In this document: positions 44,992 through 53,102 of the stretch, one piece after another | Position numbering within the stretch: position 1 is the first letter of the stretch | Layout of the letters: each line of letters begins with the position of its first letter | Sequence record: MN871451.1 | DNA: 64,000 nucleotides | Strand: one strand, 5' to 3' | Notes under the pieces: generated by a model | Told to the model about the DNA's origin: nothing | Databases searched by the model: none | Seen by the model: the letters and a program-made list of their open reading frames with translations, nothing else | Program-made: the position numbers and the translations under genes

Positions 44992-45279
44992 ATGGAAAAA
45001 ATCAAAGCGTTCTTCTCTTTCTCTTTCACTGAGAAAACCAAAGCAATCTTTGCTTTCATCACCGACACCCTGATCGTTGCCGCGCTGGCAATCTTCGCCG
45101 CGTTCTGCATGGCCACTGCCATGGAAGTGGCGGCCTACGCTTTTGCGGTCTTGGTTATCTTCAGCTATATTCACGATAGCTACAACAACCTCAAAACCGT
45201 CATTTCTCCTGCCACTGACGGCGAGACTGCGACTGACGCAGGCGAGACCGACGTCTCTGACGCAGCGGTAACCGCTTAA
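44992..45279 (+). CDS. two-TM membrane protein with acidic tail
   Basis: AAGGT RBS; 95 aa. Confidence 0.75.
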   Translation: MEKIKAFFSFSFTEKTKAIFAFITDTLIVAALAIFAAFCMATAMEVAAYAFAVLVIFSYIHDSYNNLKTVISPATDGETATDAGETDVSDAAVTA

Positions 45280-45359
45280 GTCGTCACCTCACCCTTGGCA
45301 CACGAGATAAGAAGGAAACGCCTTACGATAAGCTAAATTAAATTCTCACACTCTCAAAC

Positions 45360-45563
45360 CGTTATAAGACGATATTTCTCGTTACTCACCCGACACCTGT
45401 AATCGAGGCTGTGGCGTTGTACCTACTGACTCTTCCGAAATCGAGGAAAGATCAGAGTTCAGGGACAATAGCAGTAAACCCTCTTACTGGTTCGGTAGTT
45501 GCAGAACAAATGACAGGCTTCGCCGTCTGGTTCTGGACATCGCCGTATGCGACTCTTATAACG
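45360..45563 (+). ncRNA. candidate structured non-coding RNA
   Basis: Closing stem CGTTATAAGA/TCTTATAACG encloses four hairpins within a 335-nt gap lacking a convincing gene; strand assumed from context. Confidence 0.5.
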
Positions 45564-45614
45564 CAAACAACTCTCTCACATCTAAGTCTACTCTTAAAGT
45601 AAAAGGAAAAAATT

Positions 45615-45887
45615 ATGTTAATCTTTACTATCGTAATGGGCTTATTAGCAGCGATAGCGATTATCATTGCAGTTGCCGTTGATCGTAATAAGTTATTCGA
45701 TATCGAAAAACGCAATGAGATCATTAAAGGTTGCTACATCTTCTCTTGCTTGGTCGGTATCTCTGCTCTGTTGGGCTGCGCGTTTGTACCGTATTACGCA
45801 ATCCTCTTTATCTTCGTGCCTGTTTCCGCGTTGGTTTTTAAATACGTAATTGAAGTAGAGTTGGAAATTAATAACTATTGGTGCTAA
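45615..45887 (+). CDS. three-TM membrane protein
   Basis: AAGGA RBS. Confidence 0.7.
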   Translation: MLIFTIVMGLLAAIAIIIAVAVDRNKLFDIEKRNEIIKGCYIFSCLVGISALLGCAFVPYYAILFIFVPVSALVFKYVIEVELEINNYWC

Positions 45888-45960
45888 GTAAAAATTGTCG
45901 TCGTTGAGTTCGTAGTTAAACTTTAAAAACTTTGTTCGCTAAAAATAAGGAGATATAACC

Positions 45961-46269
45961 ATGACTTTTTTAATCATTTTTGCTATTCTTGTTGTCATTG
46001 GTTTACTCTGTAGTGCATTTTTTACCATATTCTACCGCGGTAAGGTTGACGCCGACGTCGTTACCGAAGAGGTAACGACCGAAGCAGTTTGTACTACCGA
46101 AGAAATTGTTAACGAAGAGCCAATTGTTAATGATGTTCTTTTCTACGGTGAACCAACGGAAAGACAAAAAGAAAAACACAAACGTCATCGTAACCGCCAT
46201 CGCGTGTCCGGCAAGAACCACCGCACATGGCACGATAAATTTGATGATGCTGACTACCAACCGCTTTAA
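45961..46269 (+). CDS. single-TM membrane protein with acidic and basic tail
   Basis: AAGGAG RBS; KEKHKRHRNRHR stretch. Confidence 0.75.
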   Translation: MTFLIIFAILVVIGLLCSAFFTIFYRGKVDADVVTEEVTTEAVCTTEEIVNEEPIVNDVLFYGEPTERQKEKHKRHRNRHRVSGKNHRTWHDKFDDADYQPL

Positions 46270-46289
46270 AACAAACCGAGAGATACTCC

Positions 46290-46598
46290 ATGGAAATCTA
46301 TCTGCTCATTTCTGTTGTTACCTTTACTGTCCTAGCGCTGATCACTTTCTTAACTTACCTCGCTAACAAAAAGTTAACTGTAAAGTGCGCAACACCAGAA
46401 GTCCTTTACGATAATTCCTGGAAAGGTCGCTCGATAAGAAAACTCCGTGATTGGACTTGTTTCTTAAGTAAAATCGGCTACCTGATCAGTCATGTCGCTT
46501 TCTGGATCATGCGCGCTGTTTTTCAAGGTTTCGTTTATCAGAAAACAAGCGAAGCAGTAGCTAGAGAATCGTTTCATTACCGTAATTACTGGTACTAG
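46290..46598 (+). CDS. membrane protein
   Basis: N-terminal TM segment; 102 aa. Confidence 0.65.
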   Translation: MEIYLLISVVTFTVLALITFLTYLANKKLTVKCATPEVLYDNSWKGRSIRKLRDWTCFLSKIGYLISHVAFWIMRAVFQGFVYQKTSEAVARESFHYRNYWY

Positions 46599-46666
46599 TC
46601 CACTGACGCAGTTTCCTTGCCGTTCAACTATCTATCTATTTACATTAACTTAATAAGGTCTATCCC

Positions 46667-47137
46667 ATGAAAAAATTCATTGCTGCTTCACTCATCGCCC
46701 TGTCCTCTATCGCGTCCTTCAATGCCATGGCCATCGTCAATAATTGGACCGAATCTTATCAGCAGGGTACTCTGGAGTTCTACACCGAAAATAGCGACGG
46801 TTTCTCGCTCGCATTCTCTTGCCGCGATACTGGCGACCAATGGCCGGTTCAAGCGCTGTTTCTGAACGGTACTAATGGCAACTCGCTTTCCAGCGATGAT
46901 GATCGCTACGCGCTGGTTATCGAAATGGCCGGTCAGAAGTACCAGATGATCTCTCCTGCTTCTACAGTTGGGGCAAGTAACTGGCGCTTGTTCTTCGAAG
47001 GCGTTAAGAAAACCAAAGCAAAAACCGTTAAGGTTTACGTACAAGATCATCCGGAGACCTTCGTTGTTTTCTCAACCAACGGGCTCAAGAAAATCGTCGC
47101 CGAAAATAAAGGCGGTAACTGCTTCTATCTCGGCTAA
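46667..47137 (+). CDS. secreted/periplasmic protein with two Cys
   Basis: Signal peptide MKKFIAASLIALSSIASFNAMA; AAGG RBS; followed by a terminator. Confidence 0.78.
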   Translation: MKKFIAASLIALSSIASFNAMAIVNNWTESYQQGTLEFYTENSDGFSLAFSCRDTGDQWPVQALFLNGTNGNSLSSDDDRYALVIEMAGQKYQMISPASTVGASNWRLFFEGVKKTKAKTVKVYVQDHPETFVVFSTNGLKKIVAENKGGNCFYLG

Positions 47138-47250
47138 ACAAGTGGGTGGAGAGGGTAAACCCTCTCCGCTCCTAGATCTTTTTCTTTTTTAAGTTTATTC
47201 TGTCTTTCTTTGAGGCAAGCCGCCTAGAATAAAGAAAGGATAGCGTTACC

Positions 47251-47418
47251 ATGTCACAAACCACCCCTGAAAAGAAAGACGAAAGTCTGGATTTTGATTC
47301 ATTCACTCTGAGCGAAGAAGAAGCGGAATCGGCGTTAGCGAAAGCCGAAGCGTTTATCGAAGAACAACCCGAAATCGAAGCCAGCGATGACTGCGAAGGC
47401 GGGGCATGTAAAATTTAA
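47251..47418 (+). CDS. 55-aa acidic peptide ending in an NrdA-like redox tail CxxxxCKI (not in ORF track)
   Basis: AAAGGA RBS; MSQTTPEKKDESLDFDSFTLSEEEAESALAKAEAFIEEQPEIEASDDCEGGACKI; hairpins on both sides. Confidence 0.8.
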   Translation: MSQTTPEKKDESLDFDSFTLSEEEAESALAKAEAFIEEQPEIEASDDCEGGACKI

Positions 47419-47471
47419 TTCTAAGGGCGTTTTCGCCCTTATTTGTTTTGTTTCATGAAAGGGTATTCAAC

Positions 47472-47870
47472 GTGTTTAAACCGGCTAATGTTAGTAAACT
47501 AGTTAATATTTATCTCCCCTTACCGAACTACCTGCGCGCTGCCGATATCGAACGGTTATCAAGGGCGTTTAAAACCAGACAAGTTCTTGAGGGTGAACTT
47601 AATCCTCAATTAACTAAACTCGCTTGGGAAAATACTAACGAATTCTTCGCACGTTTTAGAAAGATCGTGACGCCTTCTCACTTCATCGGTAATTTCAGAC
47701 TGACCGACAAAGGGATCAAAGCCGATATCGCCATTACGGATAAAACTTTGATCGAATACGAAGGAGTGATAACCCTTAAACGCCGCACCTTCAATGACTA
47801 TTGGAAGTTGGGTGACAGTTACAAAGACGCCCCAGGATTCTTTGGGGTAGACATTTTCACACGGAGCTAA
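47472..47870 (+). CDS. hypothetical protein
   Basis: GTG 47472 after AAAGGG (the track starts at TTG 47448). Confidence 0.65.
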   Translation: MFKPANVSKLVNIYLPLPNYLRAADIERLSRAFKTRQVLEGELNPQLTKLAWENTNEFFARFRKIVTPSHFIGNFRLTDKGIKADIAITDKTLIEYEGVITLKRRTFNDYWKLGDSYKDAPGFFGVDIFTRS

Positions 47871-47872
47871 TC

Positions 47873-48106
47873 ATGGAAACTGAATGGGACCACATTCTTC
47901 TCACGTTACAACTGGCGTACAGCGAGCACAAAACTCAAACGGCTATCAAAACAGCCGCCCGGTTAATGGCGACTAAAGTCAAAGAAATTGACTGTTATAA
48001 CTGGCTGATGAAAGTGACACTCTCGCCGTCGCCATTGAAAGTTTTAGTCCGCGAACTCAAGGAGCGTCGCCCTGATGACTTACGATATTACCCGGGGGTC
48101 GCGTAG
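47873..48106 (+). CDS. hypothetical protein
   Basis: GGAG RBS; 77 aa. Confidence 0.7.
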   Translation: METEWDHILLTLQLAYSEHKTQTAIKTAARLMATKVKEIDCYNWLMKVTLSPSPLKVLVRELKERRPDDLRYYPGVA

Positions 48107-48476
48107 CCGATTTTTCGTTGAGTATCCGCCATTCATCCGGATACTCGCGAGTTATCACGGGATGGAAGTTTTTGAAACGCTAGGTCCTATTTTTAAGGCG
48201 CTACAAACGCTCTCCAGAAGTGATCTTCACCTTTCTGATGTAGATACCGAATTGTTCGTAGAAACGCTCTACGATATTTTAAATTGCGATTATGAAGGAT
48301 ATTTACTGGATATTCAAACTGAGACCAGTTGGTTAACTATCATTGAGGGAATTGAGTACTACAATCTCACGCCCTCAATTTTGAGATGGTACGAAACGCT
48401 TTCCGACTATTCTCGTTTTATCGATCACGGGTCTTTCCGACCGTTAAACAATTTTGGTTTTATCGTAACAGAATGA
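48075..48476 (+). CDS. hypothetical protein
   Basis: AAGGAG RBS; 133 aa. Confidence 0.65.
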   Translation: MTYDITRGSRSRFFVEYPPFIRILASYHGMEVFETLGPIFKALQTLSRSDLHLSDVDTELFVETLYDILNCDYEGYLLDIQTETSWLTIIEGIEYYNLTPSILRWYETLSDYSRFIDHGSFRPLNNFGFIVTE

Positions 48477-48643
48477 AAAATTTCACCGACGACGATTTCT
48501 TTGCCGCTATGAGCGAAATCGGGATTCACTTAGACAACGAACAAAAGAACCGCGTTTTAGAAGGAGAAGAAAATGAAAAAGATTACTTTGATGGCCATCG
48601 CTCTACTGTTCACTGCTACGACCGCCCAAGCTGCGCCGAATAG
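48473..48643 (+). CDS. small acidic hypothetical protein
   Basis: ATGA coupling at 48473; overlaps the next gene by about 70 nt. Confidence 0.4.
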   Translation: MKNFTDDDFFAAMSEIGIHLDNEQKNRVLEGEENEKDYFDGHRSTVHCYDRPSCAE

Positions 48644-48920
48644 CGCTTGTATCGATCGCGTCAACACTGAGGTTAAAAACGCGGTGACGTTGTTCCCTGG
48701 CGTTAACCCTAAAACCGTTCATGTCACCTTTATGCGTGCTAAGCCTTCTTCGCTTTCTGCCATGGAAGGTGAGGCGCAGACGCCAGGGTATAAAGTTTAC
48801 AGTACGGTCTCTTTCACGCAGAAAAAAGAAACCGTTCGTTGGTTGAATGAAAGCGGTGTTGTTTTTGACGGAGATGACACTTGTTCTGTACTTTACACTA
48901 ATCTGGATGTCGCGGGATGA
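48573..48920 (+). CDS. secreted/periplasmic protein with two Cys
   Basis: AAGGAG RBS; signal peptide MKKITLMAIALLFTATTAQA. Confidence 0.78.
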   Translation: MKKITLMAIALLFTATTAQAAPNSACIDRVNTEVKNAVTLFPGVNPKTVHVTFMRAKPSSLSAMEGEAQTPGYKVYSTVSFTQKKETVRWLNESGVVFDGDDTCSVLYTNLDVAG

Positions 48921-49168
48921 GTGATAGACGTTTAATTGATCACGAGATGATCGATCTTCTCGTTACATTAGCCATAGCCTTTCGCGAACACAACGGAAAA
49001 GCAAAAATCATGAAACGGGTCGCGGAACGGATTTTTAAACGTCTTCGTTTTGACGAGACGAAAAATATCTGCGAACAATTCATTGTTTATCCTGAAAAGG
49101 CCGAGTTTAAATTGAACGTCTTAACCCAAACGTTCTACGGTCGTCAGATTTTAAAAATCCTGGCCTAA
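48917..49168 (+). CDS. hypothetical protein
   Basis: ATGA overlap; 83 aa. Confidence 0.65.
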   Translation: MSDRRLIDHEMIDLLVTLAIAFREHNGKAKIMKRVAERIFKRLRFDETKNICEQFIVYPEKAEFKLNVLTQTFYGRQILKILA

Positions 49169-49215
49169 CTATCACAGAGGGGAAAATTCCCCTCTTTTAT
49201 TTTTTTGGAGAATTT

Positions 49216-50178
49216 ATGAATAATGAAATAATCGTTTATTACCACGACCTTTGCATGGACGGTTTCGCGGCAGCGGCAATCATGTATCAATATACAAGGC
49301 TGCAGACTTTCATCCCGGTAAACTACCGTGCTATGCCGGACTTAGAAAATGAGGAGCCGGTGCATATTGTTTTTGTCGATTTCACCCCACCGTTTGAATG
49401 GGTTGAGAAGAACGCGGCACGTATACGGTCTATCGTGATCCTCGATCATCATGCAGACAAAAAAGAAGAATGTGATAAGATCCAAAAATTCTTCGGGGCG
49501 ACGGTTGTTTATTTCGACACAGAACTTTCAGGGGCGGGTTTAGCATGGAAATATGTTAATTCTACCCCTATGCCAGAAGTGATTCGTTTAATCAATAACC
49601 GCGACCTCTGGATTGCAGAAGAGAGCGAACGGAATTACCACGAACTCTTTGTTCAGTATTTGAAGAAGGGGGATAAGGATGAAATTTTCCCACCTTTCAT
49701 TGAGTTGTTTAAATACAGCAAAGAACAAGTTGAAGAAATTCTCCGGCCGCAGGCCGAACTGTTAGTAAAAGGTCGAGATAAAAATATTGCGTTTCACCTG
49801 AATAAAGCAGTCATTATTGAAGAGGCGGCAGAAAGTCCTTTCTCAGTGGCGTATATTTCTGCTCCGTATTATTACGCTTCTGAAGCGGCCAGTACAATCA
49901 TGGCCCAAGACGACAAAGTTAATCTGGTCGTGAACGTAACGTTAAACCGGAACGGTCTCGGTTTGTCGTTCCGGTCACGCAAAGGGACAGGTTTGGCACA
50001 ACAGGCCGCGGTGCGATTTAACGGTGGAGGGCACGCTGAGGCTGCTGGCGGGGTCTTTGACCATCCTGTGCCTTTTACCGTGCTTCATGAGATGATTTTC
50101 TGCACTGATCCCCATGAGGCGTATCTTAACTTTTTACTCGATCAATACAGTGAACTGGGTACAAATAACAAAGGGTAA
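49216..50178 (+). CDS. DHH/DHHA1-family phosphoesterase
   Basis: YHDLCMDG, FVDF, ILDHH, LSGAGLAW, RDLW, SFRS and FNGGGHAEAAG motifs. Confidence 0.88.
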   Translation: MNNEIIVYYHDLCMDGFAAAAIMYQYTRLQTFIPVNYRAMPDLENEEPVHIVFVDFTPPFEWVEKNAARIRSIVILDHHADKKEECDKIQKFFGATVVYFDTELSGAGLAWKYVNSTPMPEVIRLINNRDLWIAEESERNYHELFVQYLKKGDKDEIFPPFIELFKYSKEQVEEILRPQAELLVKGRDKNIAFHLNKAVIIEEAAESPFSVAYISAPYYYASEAASTIMAQDDKVNLVVNVTLNRNGLGLSFRSRKGTGLAQQAAVRFNGGGHAEAAGGVFDHPVPFTVLHEMIFCTDPHEAYLNFLLDQYSELGTNNKG

Positions 50179-50183
50179 AACTG

Positions 50184-50684
50184 ATGGAAACTCTTTTACA
50201 ACGGATACAGTCGGATAAACTGTTTATCTCGACGACCAAGGGTGTTTACTACGTTGACCTTAACCGAATCAAAAACGTTGATAAAGCGCAGAGTTTAGGT
50301 ACGCTCTATCCGAAAACTTTTGTCTCGGTTATCGACCAGGATAACAACATCACTAACATCCAAACGCTTGACCTTGTAGAGGCGGAAACCGTCTTTAAAT
50401 ATATCATCTCGCAGTGGTCGGACTATCTTCTTCACGAAGGGGTCTTTGAGAACTCCTCAGAACACCCTAGAACGCGTTTTATTCAAGACCTTGAGATAAT
50501 GGTATATTGGGGACCTCATACGCTCCACATCGATCTGAGGAAGTTTAACGCCATTTCTTTATTCTGGCAAACTCTGGTCATTTCCGGGAGCGGCGGAACT
50601 TTTAAGTTGACCAGTCAAAACCAAAGCTTCCTTGAGAATCTCAAAGAGTCGCTGGAACTCTATATTCAACGTAAAGGTAAATGA
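50184..50684 (+). CDS. hypothetical protein
   Basis: 166 aa, in operon. Confidence 0.7.
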   Translation: METLLQRIQSDKLFISTTKGVYYVDLNRIKNVDKAQSLGTLYPKTFVSVIDQDNNITNIQTLDLVEAETVFKYIISQWSDYLLHEGVFENSSEHPRTRFIQDLEIMVYWGPHTLHIDLRKFNAISLFWQTLVISGSGGTFKLTSQNQSFLENLKESLELYIQRKGK

Positions 50685-51280
50685 TGGAAAAATTGATGTT
50701 CGTTTTCGATTTAGATGACACTAAATTCGAAACTGAAGTGGCGATGACTAATTGGATCAATCGGACCTTCAACTGTGGTCTGGTTTGGAAGAACCGTCTC
50801 TCGAGAACCGATCCGTTTGAAGCACCTTACCTCAAGGCGGTTTTAGAAGACGGCCATTTCATGGAAGAAGCAGAATGGGTTTCGGGCTTTGAGCAACTCC
50901 CTTCGCTCATTAAAGAAATGCAAACGGTCTTTGGGTCTCGCATTCAAACGATGTTCGCCACGCATCGCGGGTATCATCCTCGCGCAGCAGAGTTTACGCA
51001 GAAACAGTTTGATCGTCTGGGCATTGAGATGGAAGGGGTTTTCCTTGACCCTGCCATTGTGCCGTGTAAAAAGACGTGGTTAGACCAGAACCTTAAGGGG
51101 TATCAGTATTACCTCTTTGACGATAACCCGCACTGGAATGGTACTGATCGCAACGAAGTCAGTAACGTCTTTTTGATGGACAAGTTGTGGAACCAGAAAG
51201 AAACCGCTTACGAACGTCTGTTCACCTTCGATGACGTGAAGCAAAAAGTCTTCGATCTCGCGGTGAAGCATTTAGGGTAA
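50681..51280 (+). CDS. HAD-superfamily phosphatase (5'(3')-deoxyribonucleotidase-like)
   Basis: FVFDLDDT motif I, ATHRG, K, LFDDNP motif IV. Confidence 0.78.
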   Translation: MMEKLMFVFDLDDTKFETEVAMTNWINRTFNCGLVWKNRLSRTDPFEAPYLKAVLEDGHFMEEAEWVSGFEQLPSLIKEMQTVFGSRIQTMFATHRGYHPRAAEFTQKQFDRLGIEMEGVFLDPAIVPCKKTWLDQNLKGYQYYLFDDNPHWNGTDRNEVSNVFLMDKLWNQKETAYERLFTFDDVKQKVFDLAVKHLG

Positions 51281-51454
51281 AACACAAAGAGAGAGTCCAA
51301 ATGGACTCTCTCTTTTATTTATTCATCTTTTTTATTTTTGTCATCAAACAGGATAGAAATAACAAACGCTGTTGTAGCCATGGTGACAAGAATACCGGTG
51401 CAAATAATTATAACGTCAACACCGGTAAGAGTACTCACACCCATATCGCCTCGC

Positions 51455-52099
51455 TTAAAGCGGTCGGCGTTTTTCGATTAAACAACCTTCCGCATACATG
51501 TTGTAAATAACTTTAGCCACTTCCCCACGCGTAATCAACCCATCTTTGTTCACGTCGAGACCCTTGTTCTGGAGATAGGTCGTCGGACGCGTTTTACTGT
51601 CCCACATGACGTAAGAATCCGGTTTGGTCACGGCAACGGGCCAGAGAATTCTTAAATACCAAGACGGCAGATCGTTCAGTTTCCCTTTATAAGGGATATA
51701 CCATTTATACACGTAGTCTAGCTGTTGTACGTTGGTCATGGACTTCCACTGATCAAGTGTGATCCCGACGTCTTTGCAGAATGCGGCACCGCCCTGAATG
51801 ATTCCCCAGTAAGGCGCACCCGCACCATTTTTAATTGTGGGGCTAAAGGTACGGCCGGTTTCAAACGCCATGCACGACATCAAATGACTCGGATCACCGC
51901 CTAATTTTGCCACGATGTCTTTCGTCTTGTTGACAAACTCCAGTGAGGGGATTGCACTCCACGCGATGTCATACTTCTCGAAAGAAGCATCGAGTGCCGC
52001 TTGCGAGTTCTTACCCCATAAACCATCAACGCCTTTCGGGTCGAAACCGGCGTTCTTTAACGACTGCTGTAATTTTAATGCTGCGTTTTTATCAAACAT
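51455..52099 (-). CDS. modular endolysin: peptidoglycan-binding domain plus lysozyme-like domain
   Basis: LQQSLKNAGFDPKGVDGLWGKNSQAAL; LMSCMAFETGRTFSP..IQ; YLQNKGLDVNKDGLITRGE. Confidence 0.85.
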   Translation of the reverse strand: MFDKNAALKLQQSLKNAGFDPKGVDGLWGKNSQAALDASFEKYDIAWSAIPSLEFVNKTKDIVAKLGGDPSHLMSCMAFETGRTFSPTIKNGAGAPYWGIIQGGAAFCKDVGITLDQWKSMTNVQQLDYVYKWYIPYKGKLNDLPSWYLRILWPVAVTKPDSYVMWDSKTRPTTYLQNKGLDVNKDGLITRGEVAKVIYNMYAEGCLIEKRRPL

Positions 52100-52172
52100 A
52101 ATTCACCTCTCAACTATTCTTTCATAGGATGATTATTGCGGGCCGGCAAAATAAAAAACTTAAGAGAATAAA

Positions 52173-52200
52173 CCTCAAGGAACCCGAAGGTTCCTTGAGG
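52173..52200 (-). terminator. C(UUCG)G terminator after the tail tube gene
   Basis: CCTCAAGGAACC-CGAA-GGTTCCTTGAGG with a T-rich tail on the - strand. Confidence 0.8.
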
Positions 52201-52226
52201 AATCTATTTACTAAGGTATTGATGAC

Positions 52227-53102
52227 TTAGATCGCCACGCCAGGTTTAGACAGGCTCGAAACTAATTGTTCGATATACCCGTCGTCTCTTGCCGCCACGT
52301 CTGCTTCACGATCGCTCAGGAAGGCAGGTTGGGCGTTAAGATCGATGCCCGTCTGGGACGCACGGTCCAGCATCATCTGACCGAGTTTATCAACGCCGCG
52401 ACCTACCATCTGCAGACCGGTCATCGTCAGGGATACCTGGAGCTGTTCCGGTGAAGAGGTCTGATCTTTTGACATGCGCATTTCTGGGCCTTGGCCGGTC
52501 GGTTGCATGTTAGTGATCAGCGTAGAACGCAACGCGTAACGTTCGGTCGGATCCGGTTCCACAAACAGGATGGAGAAGGTGTTGTAATCCGGGTAAGTTG
52601 CGGCCGGGGTAATACCACCTTTACCAATAATCCCTGCGACGTTGGAGTTCGGTTCGCCCATGAAGTACAGGATGTAGTTGTTCCAGTAACGGGAAACCGG
52701 CATCCCTACTTTTTCTACCCAGGTAAAGACCGGGACAGAACGAGCGCGACGAACCTTGGACAGCGTTTGCATCATTTCGCCGCCGCCACCGAACGGGGTT
52801 TCAACGTGTTCTACTTCCAGCGTGTAATCGATACCGTCGATCGTACGAGCGTGCATCTCGATTAGCGCTTTCAGTGAACCGCCCCATTTTTCCGGGTCAT
52901 CGGTGTCTTTGAAGCAGTTAGGCAACTCCATCAGAAACGCGATGGTCGGGCGACGAGTATAATCGGCCGCAGCGTGGTAATAACGGAAGTCAGGGGTATA
53001 GCCATAGGGTGCTGGGATTTCCAAGTTCGTCACGGGACCATTGGCCCCGTTAGCGTACGAACTATTAGCACTCATGACTGTGTTCGGATCTTTCTTAGCC
53101 AT
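52227..53102 (-). CDS. tail tube protein (phiKZ gp30-like)
   Basis: Directly downstream of the sheath gene; 291 aa; LKALIEMHARTIDG..TLEVE and ILFVEPDPT motifs. Confidence 0.8.
   Translation of the reverse strand: MAKKDPNTVMSANSSYANGANGPVTNLEIPAPYGYTPDFRYYHAAADYTRRPTIAFLMELPNCFKDTDDPEKWGGSLKALIEMHARTIDGIDYTLEVEHVETPFGGGGEMMQTLSKVRRARSVPVFTWVEKVGMPVSRYWNNYILYFMGEPNSNVAGIIGKGGITPAATYPDYNTFSILFVEPDPTERYALRSTLITNMQPTGQGPEMRMSKDQTSSPEQLQVSLTMTGLQMVGRGVDKLGQMMLDRASQTGIDLNAQPAFLSDREADVAARDDGYIEQLVSSLSKPGVAI

Noticed and set aside
45426-45450. CTGA...GAAA suggestive of a hammerhead ribozyme, or a group I intron
   Set aside because: The core reads CTGACTC rather than CTGANGA, the stems do not fit, and no flanking gene is interrupted.
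45411-45602. 63-aa GTG-start ORF across the structured intergenic region
   Set aside because: It has a weak RBS and unremarkable composition; the extensive base-pairing explains the region better, though this is not excluded.
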